DNA of 64,000 nucleotides from Escherichia coli (GTDB lineage Bacteria; Pseudomonadota; Gammaproteobacteria; Enterobacterales; Enterobacteriaceae): NCBI RefSeq assembly GCF_041886205.1, contig NZ_CP169031.1; one strand, 5' to 3'. Shown piece by piece: positions 23,718 to 34,916 of this stretch (position 1 is its first letter; each line of letters starts with the position of its first letter). The notes under the pieces were generated by a model. It saw only the letters and a program-made list of their open reading frames with translations, ran no database searches and was not told where the DNA came from. The position numbers and the translations under genes were made by a program.

Positions 23718-24278
23718 TTAGTGCATAATGTTTGCCATTTCATAGGCGTCAGCCAGCAACTCCATCTCTGACTTGTTCAACAAGGTGAATTCTTTCTTGC
23801 CTCCTACCACGCCATCGGCATGAACAGGGACCAGCCAGGGGTATTTTTCTCTTACTTCAGCCGGTGCTGCATGCTGGTGGTGCCATCTGCAAAGGGGCAA
23901 TTGCTTTTTGTGACAACCCGGCGCGGTACGACCGGAGATATGGTGCAGAGACACCTCTTCAGATATTACTCCATGCATGTAGCAGGCAATGCAGGGGAGA
24001 GTGCCAAGAGCATTGGCGATAGTCTGTTCCTCCTCCGTCGGTGTTCGCCCCTTCAAGCCACGAGATTTTATTTTTACCGCACTTTTCCGCGTTTTGCTGG
24101 CTGGTGGGCGCTCTTTCTGTTTAGCGATACGGCGGTCGATAGAATCCCGCATTTTCTGATATTGCGATTCTCGCCAGGCGGGGTCAGCCAACTTTTCCCG
24201 TTGCCGAGCGATCGCTCGTTCTCTGGCTGCCTTCTGCCACTCGCGGCGCTGTTCAAGTTTTTGTTCGATTGTTTTCAT
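23718..24278 (-). CDS. ref: Ref HNH-type recombination-enhancement endonuclease
   Basis: 186 aa from MKTIEQKL; Cys/His-rich HNH core (CIACYMHG...HHISG...CHKKQLPLCRWHH). Confidence 0.8.
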   Translation of the reverse strand: MKTIEQKLEQRREWQKAARERAIARQREKLADPAWRESQYQKMRDSIDRRIAKQKERPPASKTRKSAVKIKSRGLKGRTPTEEEQTIANALGTLPCIACYMHGVISEEVSLHHISGRTAPGCHKKQLPLCRWHHQHAAPAEVREKYPWLVPVHADGVVGGKKEFTLLNKSEMELLADAYEMANIMH

Positions 24279-24283
24279 ATGGC

Positions 24284-24311
24284 AAAAAAAAGGCGGCCTA
24301 ATGGCCGCCAA
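24284..24311 (-). terminator. rho-independent terminator immediately upstream of ref start
   Basis: On the minus strand: hairpin ggcggccattaggccgcc followed by T8, ending 5 nt before the ref ATG. Confidence 0.55.
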
Positions 24312-24376
24312 TGATGTCAAGGAGTGAAGTAATGGCAACGTCTTCGTAGTTGACAAAAACTGCGGCCAAATTATAA

Positions 24377-24393
24377 CAATCAATTAGAGCAAT
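24377..24393. promoter_or_regulatory. C1 operator (14/17) upstream of ref
   Basis: caatcaattagagcaat; position corresponds to the ref-proximal operator of P1. Confidence 0.55.
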
Positions 24394-24525
24394 GGTAGAT
24401 ATTTTGTTTCTCGCGAATCACATTTTTTCACTTCAGTACCTGTGTGCTATACTCCTTCTTGATTGATTGGATGCGGAATACAAACCCGCTCTTTTGTGCA
24501 GCCTGGCTCCTTGCCAGGCTTTTTT

Positions 24526-24873
24526 TTATTTCATCATGGAAGCTGTTAACGCTTTGGACCTTGCTGAACTGATTGAAAGGGCATTGTTTACCTTACCCAG
24601 GAGTTTGCCAAATTCCCCCATCACTCTAGTAAGCCCGCGCCGCGCTTCCTCCTCCGTTGCATTCATCACAAAATGTTCAGCACTCCGCATGCTTTTAACG
24701 GGGAACGCAACAGATATCGAGTCGATATCAGGCATCCTATCGCTCAACTTTACGGTGACAATGACAGATGGCGACAGAATATTAGTGCTTACAGACAGCA
24801 CTACATATTTTCCGTCGATGTTGAAATCCTTTCTCATATGCCACCATAAATACCAAAGAATTAGAGCAATCAT
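24526..24873 (-). CDS. cra: Cra-like protein (start uncertain)
   Basis: ORF directly downstream of cre; an alternative start at 24837 gives 103 aa. Confidence 0.5.
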   Translation of the reverse strand: MIALILWYLWWHMRKDFNIDGKYVVLSVSTNILSPSVIVTVKLSDRMPDIDSISVAFPVKSMRSAEHFVMNATEEEARRGLTRVMGEFGKLLGKVNNALSISSARSKALTASMMK

Positions 24874-24887
24874 TTACGCGTTAATGG

Positions 24888-25919
24888 CTAATTGCCATCT
24901 TCCAGCAGGCGCACCATTGCCCCTGTTTCACTATCCAGGTTACGGATATAGTTCATGACAATATTTACATTGGTCCAGCCACCAGCTTGCATGATCTCCG
25001 GTATTGAAACTCCAGCGCGGGCCATATCTCGCGCTGCTCCGACACGGGCACTGTGTCCAGACCAGGCCAGGTATCTCTGACCAGAGTCATCCTTAGCGCC
25101 GTAAATCAATCGATGAGTTGCTTCAAAAATCCCTTCCAGGGCGCGAGTTGATAGCTGGCTGGTGGCAGATGGCGCGGCAACACCATTTTTTCTGACCCGG
25201 CAAAACAGGTAGTTATTCGGATCATCAGCTACACCAGAGACAGAAATCCATCGCTCGACCAGTTTAGTTACCCCCAGGCTAAGTGCCTTCTCTACACCTG
25301 CGGTGCTAACCAGCGTTTTCGTTCTGCCAATATGGATTAACATTCTCCCACCGTCAGTACGTGAGATATCTTTAACCCTGATCCTGGCAATTTCTGCTAT
25401 ACGTAGCAGGGTATTATAAGCAATCCCAAGAAATGCCAGATTACGTATATCCTGGCAGCGATCGCTATTTTCCATGAGTGAACGAACCTGGTCGAAATCA
25501 GTGCGTTCGAACGCCAATGCCTGTTTTGCACGTTCACCGGCATCAACGTTTTCTTTTCGAATCCGCCGCATGACCAGTGAAACAGCATTGCTGTCACTTG
25601 GTCGTGGCAGCCCGGACCGACGATGAAGCATGTTTAGCTGGCCCAAATGTTGCTGGATAGTTTTTACTGCCAGACCGCGCGCCTGAAGATATAGAAGATA
25701 ATCGCGAACATCTTCAGGTTCTGCGGGAAACCATTTCCGGTTATTCAACTTGCACCATGCCGCCCACGACCGGCAAACGGACAGAAGCATTTTCCAGGTA
25801 TGCTCAGAAAACGCCTGGCGATCCCTGAACATGTCCATCAGGTTCTTGCGAACCTCATCACTCGTTGCATCGACCGGTAATGCAGGCAAATTTTGGTGTA
25901 CGGTCAGTAAATTGGACAT
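24888..25919 (-). CDS. cre: Cre tyrosine recombinase
   Basis: 343-aa protein MSNLLTVHQNLPALPVDATSDEVRKNLMDMFRDRQAFSEHTWKMLLSVCRSW... recognised as Cre; the cognate loxP lies 419 bp upstream. Confidence 0.98.
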   Translation of the reverse strand: MSNLLTVHQNLPALPVDATSDEVRKNLMDMFRDRQAFSEHTWKMLLSVCRSWAAWCKLNNRKWFPAEPEDVRDYLLYLQARGLAVKTIQQHLGQLNMLHRRSGLPRPSDSNAVSLVMRRIRKENVDAGERAKQALAFERTDFDQVRSLMENSDRCQDIRNLAFLGIAYNTLLRIAEIARIRVKDISRTDGGRMLIHIGRTKTLVSTAGVEKALSLGVTKLVERWISVSGVADDPNNYLFCRVRKNGVAAPSATSQLSTRALEGIFEATHRLIYGAKDDSGQRYLAWSGHSARVGAARDMARAGVSIPEIMQAGGWTNVNIVMNYIRNLDSETGAMVRLLEDGN

Positions 25920-26337
25920 TTAACACTCAGATAATGGTTTTAAGTAAAGTGTACAGGATCGGCTCTGCCTTTACCTGTTTATGGTTCTCGTCATAGAAAC
26001 GCCAGCGACCGCGCGTGCGTTCTATTTTCTCTTCACCGCGCGATAATGACAGTTGGCAACTATCACGATCAAACCCTTTTGCCCGCCAGTAACCACGGTT
26101 TTTCTCAAGCTCAAGATGAGTGGACACTTTAGCAGCTGAATATCCCATTTTTCACCTCTGATTGATTGGTGGTGCTAAGTGCGCTACGCGAAATCTGGAG
26201 CACTAACACTGCCAACTTTTCACAGATTTTACGTAGCGCAACCTTGATCAAATGATCAAGTGATCACTATTTGACCTGATAAGGTATTGAACTGTATGGA
26301 TTTACAGGTAAATTGATCATGTTCAATAACCCTTAAG

Positions 26338-26371
26338 ATAACTTCGTATAATGTATGCTATACGAAGTTAT
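26338..26371. other. loxP site
   Basis: Exact ATAACTTCGTATA-ATGTATGC-TATACGAAGTTAT. Confidence 0.98.
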
Positions 26372-26414
26372 TAGGTCTGAAGAGGAGTTTACGTCCAGCT
26401 GCGCATAAAAATCA

Positions 26415-26431
26415 ATAATTATTAGAGCAAT
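26415..26431. promoter_or_regulatory. C1 operator (15/17), immC region
   Basis: ataattattagagcaat. Confidence 0.65.
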
Positions 26432-26491
26432 AAATTTTGAGAGAAAAATCCCACTCCACCAGCCAAAAACTGGATTGTTTTTCATAGTTGT

Positions 26492-26520
26492 TTGACAATT
26501 GCTCTAATAAATTATAGTTT
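26492..26520 (+). promoter_or_regulatory. sigma70-like promoter with embedded C1 operator (16/17) upstream of coi-c1
   Basis: TTGACA (26492-26497) followed by operator ATTGCTCTAATAAATTA (26498-26514) occupying the spacer and a weak -10. Confidence 0.6.
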
Positions 26521-26752
26521 TGCCGCCGTTTCGTAATACGACTTTGGATTCACTATTTAATGTGTCTTCAGCGTTGTAGAGCGGCTCAGAAGGAAATGAG
26601 CAAACAGGGAAACCTTATACAACGGCATTACAGCTATGCATTGCTCATCTTACACACAGCGCAATGTTGTTAGATTACCCCAGCATGGATCATGGGTGAA
26701 ACAGTAGGTCAGAGCTTCAGGCTCTGTGTTGTCAATACAGTGAGGCATAATT

Positions 26753-26962
26753 ATGGCTTTCATTCCACCAACCATCGACGACGTTAGACATTGCTCTAAC
26801 GCTTTATCTGTAGACCCCGCCGAAACCGACGCTGCCCGCGCCATTGCTGAACACTACTCAAAGATATCCAATCAGGAGTACCGCATCACCCAAGACGACC
26901 TGGATGATCTCACTGACACAATCGAATATCTCATGGCCACTAACCAGCCAGACTCACAATAA
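26753..26962 (+). CDS. coi: Coi, C1 inactivator
   Basis: 69-aa ORF immediately upstream of c1. Confidence 0.75.
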   Translation: MAFIPPTIDDVRHCSNALSVDPAETDAARAIAEHYSKISNQEYRITQDDLDDLTDTIEYLMATNQPDSQ

Positions 26963-27072
26963 ATGCACTAATAAATCTATTATTTTCGTTGGATCCTTCT
27001 ATAATGGTGGCCAACAACTCCCAGTGTAATCCGCTGTGAGTTGTTGGCCATGTCAATTCTGGAGGAGGATCA

Positions 27073-27924
27073 ATGATAAATTATGTCTACGGCGAACAAC
27101 TGTACCAGGAGTTCGTCAGTTTCAGGGATCTCTTTCTAAAAAAAGCTGTTGCACGCGCCCAACACGTTGATGCCGCCAGCGACGGTCGTCCTGTTCGCCC
27201 GGTTGTCGTTCTGCCGTTCAAAGAAACGGACAGCATTCAGGCTGAAATTGATAAATGGACTTTAATGGCGCGGGAACTGGAACAGTACCCAGACCTCAAT
27301 ATCCCAAAGACTATTTTATATCCAGTGCCTAACATCCTTCGCGGTGTGCGTAAGGTTACAACTTATCAGACAGAAGCTGTGAACAGCGTCAACATGACTG
27401 CTGGCCGCATTATTCATCTGATTGATAAGGACATTCGCATCCAGAAAAGCGCGGGGATCAATGAGCACAGTGCGAAATACATAGAGAACCTGGAAGCAAC
27501 AAAAGAGCTAATGAAGCAGTACCCGGAGGATGAAAAATTCCGTATGCGCGTACACGGCTTTAGCGAAACAATGCTGCGCGTCCATTACATTTCCAGTAGC
27601 CCTAACTACAATGATGGTAAATCAGTTAGTTACCATGTGCCGCTATGTGGTGTGTTTATCTGCGATGAAACTCTCCGTGATGGAATCATCATCAACGGTG
27701 AATTCGAGAAAGCAAAATTTAGCCTTTATGACTCTATAGAACCGATCATCTGCGACCGCTGGCCGCAGGCAAAAATATATCGCCTGGCAGATATTGAAAA
27801 TGTAAAAAAACAAATTGCCATCACTCGCGAAGAGAAAAAGGTCAAATCAGCCGCATCAGTTACGCGCAGCCGTAAAACTAAGAAGGGGCAGCCAGTAAAC
27901 GACAACCCCGAAAGCGCGCAATAG
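27073..27924 (+). CDS. c1: C1 immunity repressor
   Basis: 283 aa; multiple cognate operators present in the window. Confidence 0.93.
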   Translation: MINYVYGEQLYQEFVSFRDLFLKKAVARAQHVDAASDGRPVRPVVVLPFKETDSIQAEIDKWTLMARELEQYPDLNIPKTILYPVPNILRGVRKVTTYQTEAVNSVNMTAGRIIHLIDKDIRIQKSAGINEHSAKYIENLEATKELMKQYPEDEKFRMRVHGFSETMLRVHYISSSPNYNDGKSVSYHVPLCGVFICDETLRDGIIINGEFEKAKFSLYDSIEPIICDRWPQAKIYRLADIENVKKQIAITREEKKVKSAASVTRSRKTKKGQPVNDNPESAQ

Positions 27925-27948
27925 TTTCTATCCGGCATGATCAATGAG

Positions 27949-29433
27949 TTATTCATTAAGCCATGCCAGAGCTTCATCAACCTGCGCTTCGTCTTCGACG
28001 CTAAGCACTTCATCCTGGGGAACATAATCCGCCAGCATAGCGAAACAATATGTATCCCAATGGTCTGGTGAGTGCAGGTTGAGTTTTTTCTTCATATCCT
28101 CCTTACTCATCACCTTCCATTGACCTGCGGAGTTAATCCCTACAGGGATTTTCGACGCTTCCTCAATAGTTTCATTACCCTTATCCAGTCTCATACGACC
28201 AGATTTTACGGCCTCTGCGGCTTGAACGTTGGCATAAGCACGTTTATCAAAGTACAGGCTCTTATCTTCACGGCTATGCATCTTTTTACCCCAGCGTATA
28301 CGCTGTACGGTAATACCATAATACTCGTACATCAGATCCGCCGTTGCTTTACCCAGGCCATCGCCGTCTATCGCTATGGTGATATTTGGGAATCGCTCAG
28401 GATTACATTCTGCGAAAATTTTGGCGGCAAGCTGCGTTTCTGTAACGTCTGTGTATTCCAGCATTCGATAGTTGATTACACGGCGTTTATTTCGCTGGCC
28501 GGACACCATCATGATATTGATAACGGACTTATCCCGTCCCGTACCACCAGCAACGTCCACACATGCAAGCCAGCCCCATCCTTTTGCAATCTTGACTTTC
28601 CGCCTCGTTGCACGTTCAACCTCATCACGTCCAAGAAGGAAGCCATCCTGTGATTTAGGGAATAGGCCGCGTACCTTAATCATGTACATAGGGTTATCAC
28701 GCCCGCCGTACTCCGCCAGCTTCATTTTGATAAATGCTGGCGTTACCAGCGGTGATTCCTCACTGTTAAGCGTGATCGCCGTATAAACGCCATCAGGGTT
28801 ACCAGGACGCTTGGCCAGTTTATGGTGAGTATCGTAGAAATAGCCGCTTGGGCGTGTAGGCTGTGACAGTAATAAGATGCGGTTATCCTGTCCGGTAAGA
28901 GCACCGGTGATGATACCGAAAGCTCTATCACTGACACCGGAGGCTTCATCGATAATATACAGAAGATGATCTGCGTGTTCACCGGCGAGAGCTTCTTCAC
29001 TTCCCAGACGAAAGCCCTTCGGTACTACAGTCCATACACCTTTACCAGTAACCTCATAGAAAGCGGTTTCTGTCAGAACAAAATAATCAGCAAGCCATGG
29101 AAAACGGCTGGTGGCAGTAGCCCAGTTTATCTTGATGTACTTGAAAATACCGGTCATTACCTGCTGAATTTTGTTCGCAACGATAATGGCGCGGGCACCG
29201 GGATACATGATTATGAACAACATGATCATGATAGAAGTCATGTCTGATTTCCCGGTACCGTGACCAGACGAAACAGATGTCTTGCTACCCTGTTCCTGCA
29301 CAGACTCAATAATCAGATCCTGCTGCCAGGTAGGTGTTTTGCCGAACAAAACATCAGCGGCCGCAATCCAGTCATAACGATATAGCGCCACCAGCTCGCG
29401 CCAACGTGGATCCGTTACGCAACTTCTGGCCAT
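27949..29433 (-). CDS. pacB: terminase large subunit PacB
   Basis: 494 aa downstream of and coupled to pacA. Confidence 0.85.
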   Translation of the reverse strand: MARSCVTDPRWRELVALYRYDWIAAADVLFGKTPTWQQDLIIESVQEQGSKTSVSSGHGTGKSDMTSIMIMLFIIMYPGARAIIVANKIQQVMTGIFKYIKINWATATSRFPWLADYFVLTETAFYEVTGKGVWTVVPKGFRLGSEEALAGEHADHLLYIIDEASGVSDRAFGIITGALTGQDNRILLLSQPTRPSGYFYDTHHKLAKRPGNPDGVYTAITLNSEESPLVTPAFIKMKLAEYGGRDNPMYMIKVRGLFPKSQDGFLLGRDEVERATRRKVKIAKGWGWLACVDVAGGTGRDKSVINIMMVSGQRNKRRVINYRMLEYTDVTETQLAAKIFAECNPERFPNITIAIDGDGLGKATADLMYEYYGITVQRIRWGKKMHSREDKSLYFDKRAYANVQAAEAVKSGRMRLDKGNETIEEASKIPVGINSAGQWKVMSKEDMKKKLNLHSPDHWDTYCFAMLADYVPQDEVLSVEDEAQVDEALAWLNE

Positions 29434-30626
29434 TAATCATCATCCCCGTATAGCTTGCGGGTAACTTCTTCGTCTTCCTCCTCGTCTTCGTCCAGGTCTT
29501 GTTCCAGCCATGGGTCGTTTGATACACCTTCAGTATCAACATCTCCATAACCGCCTGTATCAACGATATCGGCGATTTCTTCCCTACGCTGCTCAATCCA
29601 CAATGCGGCATCGGCGCGGCGGTTGGCGGCCCGTTCTCGCGCAACTTTATCCAGATCTTCAAGAGAAGGACCACCGACGGCTGTTTGCCTTTCCTCATCA
29701 TCGGTATTGGTCTTAGGAGCACGCAGATCGGCTTTGATTTGCTCCAGCATCAGAGGCGGAACTTTCCCACCATGCGCCTCGATGAATTCAGCTGCTTCCA
29801 GCACTGACCAGTTATTTTCACGCTTTCGTTCGTATGCCAGCTTAACAATGCCAGCTTGCCCCATAGACAAAGCGTGCTTTTCCGCCTCCCGGCTTTCTTT
29901 TCGATAGTTATTCCGGATGCTGTAAATGGTGTTGATCAGGCTGCTTATCTGCGCGGAACAGCTGTTTAGCATGCTCGCGATACGGTATTCAGGCGGAGTA
30001 CCTTCATCATCGTCTTTTTGCTGATCGCGCATTTCCTGCACCAGGCGAATACACGTATCCCTGGCGTTCTCCAGCATAAGGAGATGAGAAAGAGACTTTT
30101 CAAGAAGAGTGGTTTCCAGAACATCGGCCCCGGACCGACGCAACATAGCGCGCGCGGCCTTCCGCGCTTCAACGTTATCTATCAGGTAATCGCCAGCTTC
30201 GAATTCAAAGCGTTCACCATCATCATCCAGGGTGTCGCGTTCCAGGCGATCACGTAAGGTCCGGTGGGCGCGGGTGATCACGTCATGATCATCTGAACGA
30301 TCATTTATGCGCTTATTTTGGCGCTTCGCATTCTCGACTGCGGCACTGATAACGGCATTAACTCTCTGTTTTTCCGCTATTTCAGCCGCAATATGATCAC
30401 CTGCATGTTGATCATTAGAGTGATCAATGATCATGCTTTTTAGTGGCTTCCTGACTGGCTTATTTGGCTTGCGGCTGTCCGCAGTCCTGGAGTCTTCTTT
30501 GAAGGCACGGAGATAACGACGTGCGGTATTAGGGTTAAGATTAAACTCGGCGGCATACTGTGCGATGGTGTAACCACCATCTCGCGCCAGGCGAGCAAAA
30601 TTCTTCTTGTGATCGTCCCAGGTCAC
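29433..30626 (-). CDS. pacA: terminase small subunit / pac-recognition protein PacA (GTG start)
   Basis: 397 aa; contains the pac site within its coding sequence; acidic C-terminus. Confidence 0.85.
   Translation of the reverse strand: MTWDDHKKNFARLARDGGYTIAQYAAEFNLNPNTARRYLRAFKEDSRTADSRKPNKPVRKPLKSMIIDHSNDQHAGDHIAAEIAEKQRVNAVISAAVENAKRQNKRINDRSDDHDVITRAHRTLRDRLERDTLDDDGERFEFEAGDYLIDNVEARKAARAMLRRSGADVLETTLLEKSLSHLLMLENARDTCIRLVQEMRDQQKDDDEGTPPEYRIASMLNSCSAQISSLINTIYSIRNNYRKESREAEKHALSMGQAGIVKLAYERKRENNWSVLEAAEFIEAHGGKVPPLMLEQIKADLRAPKTNTDDEERQTAVGGPSLEDLDKVARERAANRRADAALWIEQRREEIADIVDTGGYGDVDTEGVSNDPWLEQDLDEDEEEDEEVTRKLYGDDD
30247..30433. other. pac packaging site (two clusters of GATC-containing hexamers)
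   Basis: Hexamers (T/C)GATCA at 30247, 30275, 30286, 30298 and at 30394, 30409, 30421, 30428, flanking a roughly 90-bp central region, inside pacA. Confidence 0.8.
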
Positions 30627-30711
30627 TTATGCTTCCTTTCGTAAAAACTCTTTTTGACGCGAGGGTAACGAAAGTCACATGTCAAAAGGCCCGGAACGGG
30701 CAAGCAATCAA

Positions 30712-31164
30712 TCAGATACGTGCGGATGTGGCATTACCGTAATGACGGTGCTGACGGGCCACCTTATTGAAAAGTTGACGCGCCATTACCCAAGGCTGGT
30801 GCTCCCGGCGTTCCTTTTCGTCCTGCGTCATATAGAGTTCGTTCTGGAGTTTTTCATCAAACCGGCGCGGAGCGCGGCTACGGCGAAAGAATTCAGGATT
30901 CAGAGAGTGGATCTGAAATCTACGTGGGCGTGTACTGTCATCAATCAAAACAGACGAATACTTAGACACAGCGATAGCCTTTAAGCGCAGATAAACATCG
31001 CGCTTATCGACATCCAGATGCGGGTATTCCTTTTCAAGGATTGCTGCGAGTTCTTTCGCTGATAGAAGAGACTTAGTGCGGATCATGTAATCCGCAATCT
31101 CATACGATGTTATTCGTGAGTGATTTATTTCCATGAAGTGGCGTCCCTGCCAGTTAAGTAACAT
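30712..31164 (-). CDS. lpa: late promoter activator Lpa-like
   Basis: 150-aa ORF directly upstream of pacA with a C1 operator in its upstream region. Confidence 0.6.
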   Translation of the reverse strand: MLLNWQGRHFMEINHSRITSYEIADYMIRTKSLLSAKELAAILEKEYPHLDVDKRDVYLRLKAIAVSKYSSVLIDDSTRPRRFQIHSLNPEFFRRSRAPRRFDEKLQNELYMTQDEKERREHQPWVMARQLFNKVARQHRHYGNATSARI

Positions 31165-31234
31165 CCTGTCACCGACTGATTAGCCCATGTCAACTAATCA
31201 ACGTGGAATATAATACCCTCTATTAAAGAAATAG

Positions 31235-31251
31235 CAATACATTAGAGCAAT
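31235..31251. promoter_or_regulatory. C1 operator (14/17) upstream of lpa
   Basis: caatacattagagcaat. Confidence 0.55.
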
Positions 31252-31252
31252 T

Positions 31253-32287
31253 TTATCTAACGCTCGACGAGTGACTTGTGATAGCGCCGACTCCAAGCGC
31301 GTAATCAAAGAACAATCGTTGATGCATCGCCAGCCTACCGTGCGTCTTCTCCCAATTATCGCGGTCACGCTCAATATCACGCTGGCATGACTGGCACAGA
31401 GGAATTGCGTAAATGTCATGCGCGCATAATCGACTATGACGAACGATATAAGGCGTAATGTGAGCGCCAGCTCCACACCCACAGCATGGACGGGAAGCAA
31501 CAAAGTCCATGTACTCAGGTAATTTTAGCGATTGCAGTTTTGGTATTTTGAAATGCGCCATGCCATGGTCGGAGTCAACATCCACAGGGCATACTTTTGC
31601 ACGCATCGGCGCGGCGCGTTCTTCCATCATCTGAACATATGCTGTAGCGCGATCGTCATACGGGCGAATATCCGCCTCTTTCAGAGGTCCGCTATCCTGC
31701 GTTGCGGCTTTCATCTTATTTATTGATATACGGCAAACTTCTTCCGGCATCAGGTGCATCATGTTGCGCATGAAAGCCCACCAGCACAGTTCCTGAATAC
31801 TTAAATCATGGCCATCTGAAAGCCCCATTTCCTGACGGGCGACATCCAGTATCCAGTTAACGCGATTATTATGCAGCGTTTCTTTCAGCTCATTAAAACC
31901 ACGCATCCGGTAATGGTTATCGTGATGCCAGCACAACAACACCGCGCTATTGTCTCGTTCTGCGTGGACAATATGGTTGTCACACCAGCTACGATCTGCG
32001 GCCTGGCATTGTCCCTCTTTCCTGCGCAACCACGCCACCAGCGCGTCAATTCCACCAATACGGCGAAACAGTTCATCGCTGTTAAAAAACGGCTGCAACG
32101 CCTCATTTGTTGCCATGGTTTGCTCGGTAACAACGAGGCCGTCTTCCATGTGCTCGATTAACTCACGCGGCACCGGCTCCATAATAAATTTACGGCCAGC
32201 CTCCACCAGCTTTCTGACCTCCTGATCCACTTTGAACGTGGCGAGGCCAAGCTCTTTCTGTACAAAGGGAGCAATTACGGCTTTCAC
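31253..32287 (-). CDS. pdcB: PdcB-like protein (Cys/His-rich)
   Basis: 344 aa downstream of doc; CCGCGAGAH...[15 protein letters not shown] cluster suggests metal binding. Confidence 0.5.
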   Translation of the reverse strand: MKAVIAPFVQKELGLATFKVDQEVRKLVEAGRKFIMEPVPRELIEHMEDGLVVTEQTMATNEALQPFFNSDELFRRIGGIDALVAWLRRKEGQCQAADRSWCDNHIVHAERDNSAVLLCWHHDNHYRMRGFNELKETLHNNRVNWILDVARQEMGLSDGHDLSIQELCWWAFMRNMMHLMPEEVCRISINKMKAATQDSGPLKEADIRPYDDRATAYVQMMEERAAPMRAKVCPVDVDSDHGMAHFKIPKLQSLKLPEYMDFVASRPCCGCGAGAHITPYIVRHSRLCAHDIYAIPLCQSCQRDIERDRDNWEKTHGRLAMHQRLFFDYALGVGAITSHSSSVR

Positions 32288-32314
32288 ATCACACCTTTCA
32301 TCACTGATTGGGCT

Positions 32315-32494
32315 TTATCTGCTGCCCGGCATTCTCTGTTTAAGCACAACCATTTCCTGACGGCATAACACAGCAATAGCGGTCCTGGCACCAATTTGCT
32401 TACCAACCAGGTATTGCTTTACCTTGCGGCGACTCACGCCATCAAGAAGCATCTTTAACGCTTCACGGGACAATTTGTTGTATTTGCGTGCCAT
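32315..32494 (-). CDS. small basic protein (pdcA-like, tentative)
   Basis: 59-aa ORF from MARKYNKL between doc and pdcB. Confidence 0.3.
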   Translation of the reverse strand: MARKYNKLSREALKMLLDGVSRRKVKQYLVGKQIGARTAIAVLCRQEMVVLKQRMPGSR

Positions 32495-32498
32495 TAAT

Positions 32499-32879
32499 CT
32501 ACTCCGCGGAACCATACAATCTACGTAACGTGTCGGCGACAGAAGATACAGATATCTCTCCGGTCGCAGCCCCTACGGTAAGGTCTGCCAGTTCAGGTGA
32601 ATCAAATACCTGCACCCCGTTACGGCGTAGAAATAACAGCGCACTGTTTAGCGCGGTACGCTTATTGGCATCATTGAATATATGCCCTCTCGCTGTAGCC
32701 ACCAGGTAGGTGGCGGAGACTTCGAAAAGGTCGGTGATCTCTTCGTAGGCAACTCTGGCCTGAACTCTCCCGATAATGGCCTCTGCCCTACCCGGATCTG
32801 ACATTCCCGGCAGGCCGCCGTAGCGGTTTATATTCGCATCATGAAGCGCAATAAGTTCTTCCGGTGATATATGCCTCAT
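32499..32879 (-). CDS. doc: Doc toxin (Fic-fold kinase)
   Basis: 126 aa; motif [19 protein letters not shown]; coupled to phd. Confidence 0.95.
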   Translation of the reverse strand: MRHISPEELIALHDANINRYGGLPGMSDPGRAEAIIGRVQARVAYEEITDLFEVSATYLVATARGHIFNDANKRTALNSALLFLRRNGVQVFDSPELADLTVGAATGEISVSSVADTLRRLYGSAE

Positions 32880-33100
32880 TATCGGTTAACCAGTTCCTTG
32901 TTGGTGGAGTCCAGGGTGTCAAACAGGGATGCAAATTCAGCATCCAGCGCCGCTTTTTTGTAGGCTTCGAAAGTAGCCTTGCTGACAATTACTGCTGGCT
33001 CACGGCCTCTGCGGGTGATTTCAACCTCTTCCCCGGCTTCAACATTGTTGAGCACTTCAGAAAGGTTGCCGCGCGCGGTACGGAAGTTAATGGATTGCAT
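32879..33100 (-). CDS. phd: Phd antitoxin
   Basis: 73 aa from [73 protein letters not shown]. Confidence 0.92.
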   Translation of the reverse strand: MQSINFRTARGNLSEVLNNVEAGEEVEITRRGREPAVIVSKATFEAYKKAALDAEFASLFDTLDSTNKELVNR

Positions 33101-33172
33101 AAACACCTCGTGTACTCATTATGTGTACACAATTATAAACTTCACAGGCATAAAGCACCAGCACTTTGCAGC

Positions 33173-33562
33173 TTAAATAACCGGACAATCATCAAATTCC
33201 CCACTTCGGGCATCATTGATGACATGAGTGATCACACCAAAAACAGCATTACTGCCCGTGTATCCATCGTCATCTACTGGTAACGCCTCTTTCTTCCCGG
33301 TGCTTAAATCCTCCAGGTGCTGGCGCGGATACTTCCTGTATCTCTTTATGCGATATTCACCCTCCATAGCGCACACAAGCAGAGAACCATCAACCGGAGT
33401 AAGCGAGGAATCAACCACCAGCAAAGCACCCTGCAATATTCCCTCACGGTGATGGCTATCAGCTGCCCGCATGAAGTAGGTTGCTGATGGATGCCTGATT
33501 AGTTGCTGATCAAGAGAAATTCGGCTTTCAACATAATCCGCCGCAGGAGAAGGAAAGCCCAT
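33173..33562 (-). CDS. humD: HumD (UmuD-like translesion synthesis accessory protein)
   Basis: S24 peptidase-like sequence; LexA box in its promoter. Confidence 0.85.
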   Translation of the reverse strand: MGFPSPAADYVESRISLDQQLIRHPSATYFMRAADSHHREGILQGALLVVDSSLTPVDGSLLVCAMEGEYRIKRYRKYPRQHLEDLSTGKKEALPVDDDGYTGSNAVFGVITHVINDARSGEFDDCPVI

Positions 33563-33583
33563 AGCGTTTTCACCTCAATAATA

Positions 33584-33599
33584 CTGTTAATTTATACAG
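33584..33599. promoter_or_regulatory. LexA box (SOS operator)
   Basis: CTGTTAATTTATACAG, i.e. CTGT-N8-ACAG, 22 nt upstream of the humD start. Confidence 0.7.
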
Positions 33600-34916
33600 T
33601 ATACATTAAAGAGACACCTTTGGTGCAAACGCGTTACGTACATCAACCACCGCTGATGATTTTGTGCTCTTTGCTACTATTCATCACCGCGGGATCAGCG
33701 TAACCTCGTTGCCAATCAGTTAATAAGGAATTAGCTATGCCTAATCGCATTCCTCTCATCTCTTAACGATATCAACGATGCGTTATATGAATACTGTGAA
33801 AAAACGAGCATCACAGATGCACCTGATGCATTTGTCGAGCTACCGGTATATCTCCGCGACATCTATGCAATACGAACACCGCCCGTATCGGTGATTCACA
33901 TTGGCTATGTCCGCCTGTCCATCGAAGAAGATGAAGATCGTTATATCGTGCGCCACTATACATTGGACAGAAAAGAACTTCCTAATGAATGGAACATGAG
34001 TAATTTCTACAACGGTGAATATGGCTTAAAATCCGCTAATAATTTACGGTCATAATCTATACAGGCATGTATAACAACAACGAGCCTATTAGCTGTCAAC
34101 AACGTTATTTTCTCAAATAAGAAAAGGCACAAAACAAATTGTTTAAGGCCACAAATTGTGGCCTTAATGGAGGAGGGAGGCTTATTGGCTATGGCTAAAA
34201 ATCAAATTAGACACTTCATGTTGCTGTAGCTCATCTAGATCCGAGGCCACAAAACCTTTTCCGAAAAAATTCACAAGTAACTCACTAGCCGCATCATTAT
34301 CACCTATTACACGAAAGCCATACGGCAACGTCGCAAGTTGACGATGTAATCCTGCTGAGAAAGTCGAATCTAACAGCGCCCAGAATTCCCACAGCAGGAT
34401 AATACTCGCCTCTTAATACTGTATATATGTTGTTACGATATGTTTTTCTGTCTCTAAAAAAAGATGTTAATAGAATGCTAACCATTGAAGTGGATAAAAA
34501 TATACAATTCCAACAAACGTTATCTTTAACAATTTTTTTCTTTGCGTTGACTTTCCCGGACACCTTGTCTGACCGAAGGTGCGCGAAAGCCACTTTTTCC
34601 TTCCTGAGTTATCCACAAAGTTATGCACTTGCAAGAGGGCCATTTTCTACATATTGTGGTGGCTAACAGATGAAATGAATGTAGATTAATTGAAGATAAG
34701 GAGAAAATTTGAGATGCAATCATGACGTTAATAGATATGGTCTGCATTACAGACCCCACCCGCATCAAGGAATTAGCCGTTCCCTGATGTTTTTCCGAAA
34801 ACATGTGCCGTAAGCTCACGTTAACGACTTTCATTCACCGAATCCAACTATATAGGGGTTGGGTTTCTACGTCAACGTGAGAGCACACAGCTTTACATTT
34901 GACGAGGATTACCCTG

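Noticed and set aside
34300-34834. Minus-strand ORFs of 97 and 102 aa in the AT-rich left flank of the RM island
   Set aside because: No RBS, low-complexity random-looking composition, and mutually overlapping frames in AT-rich DNA.
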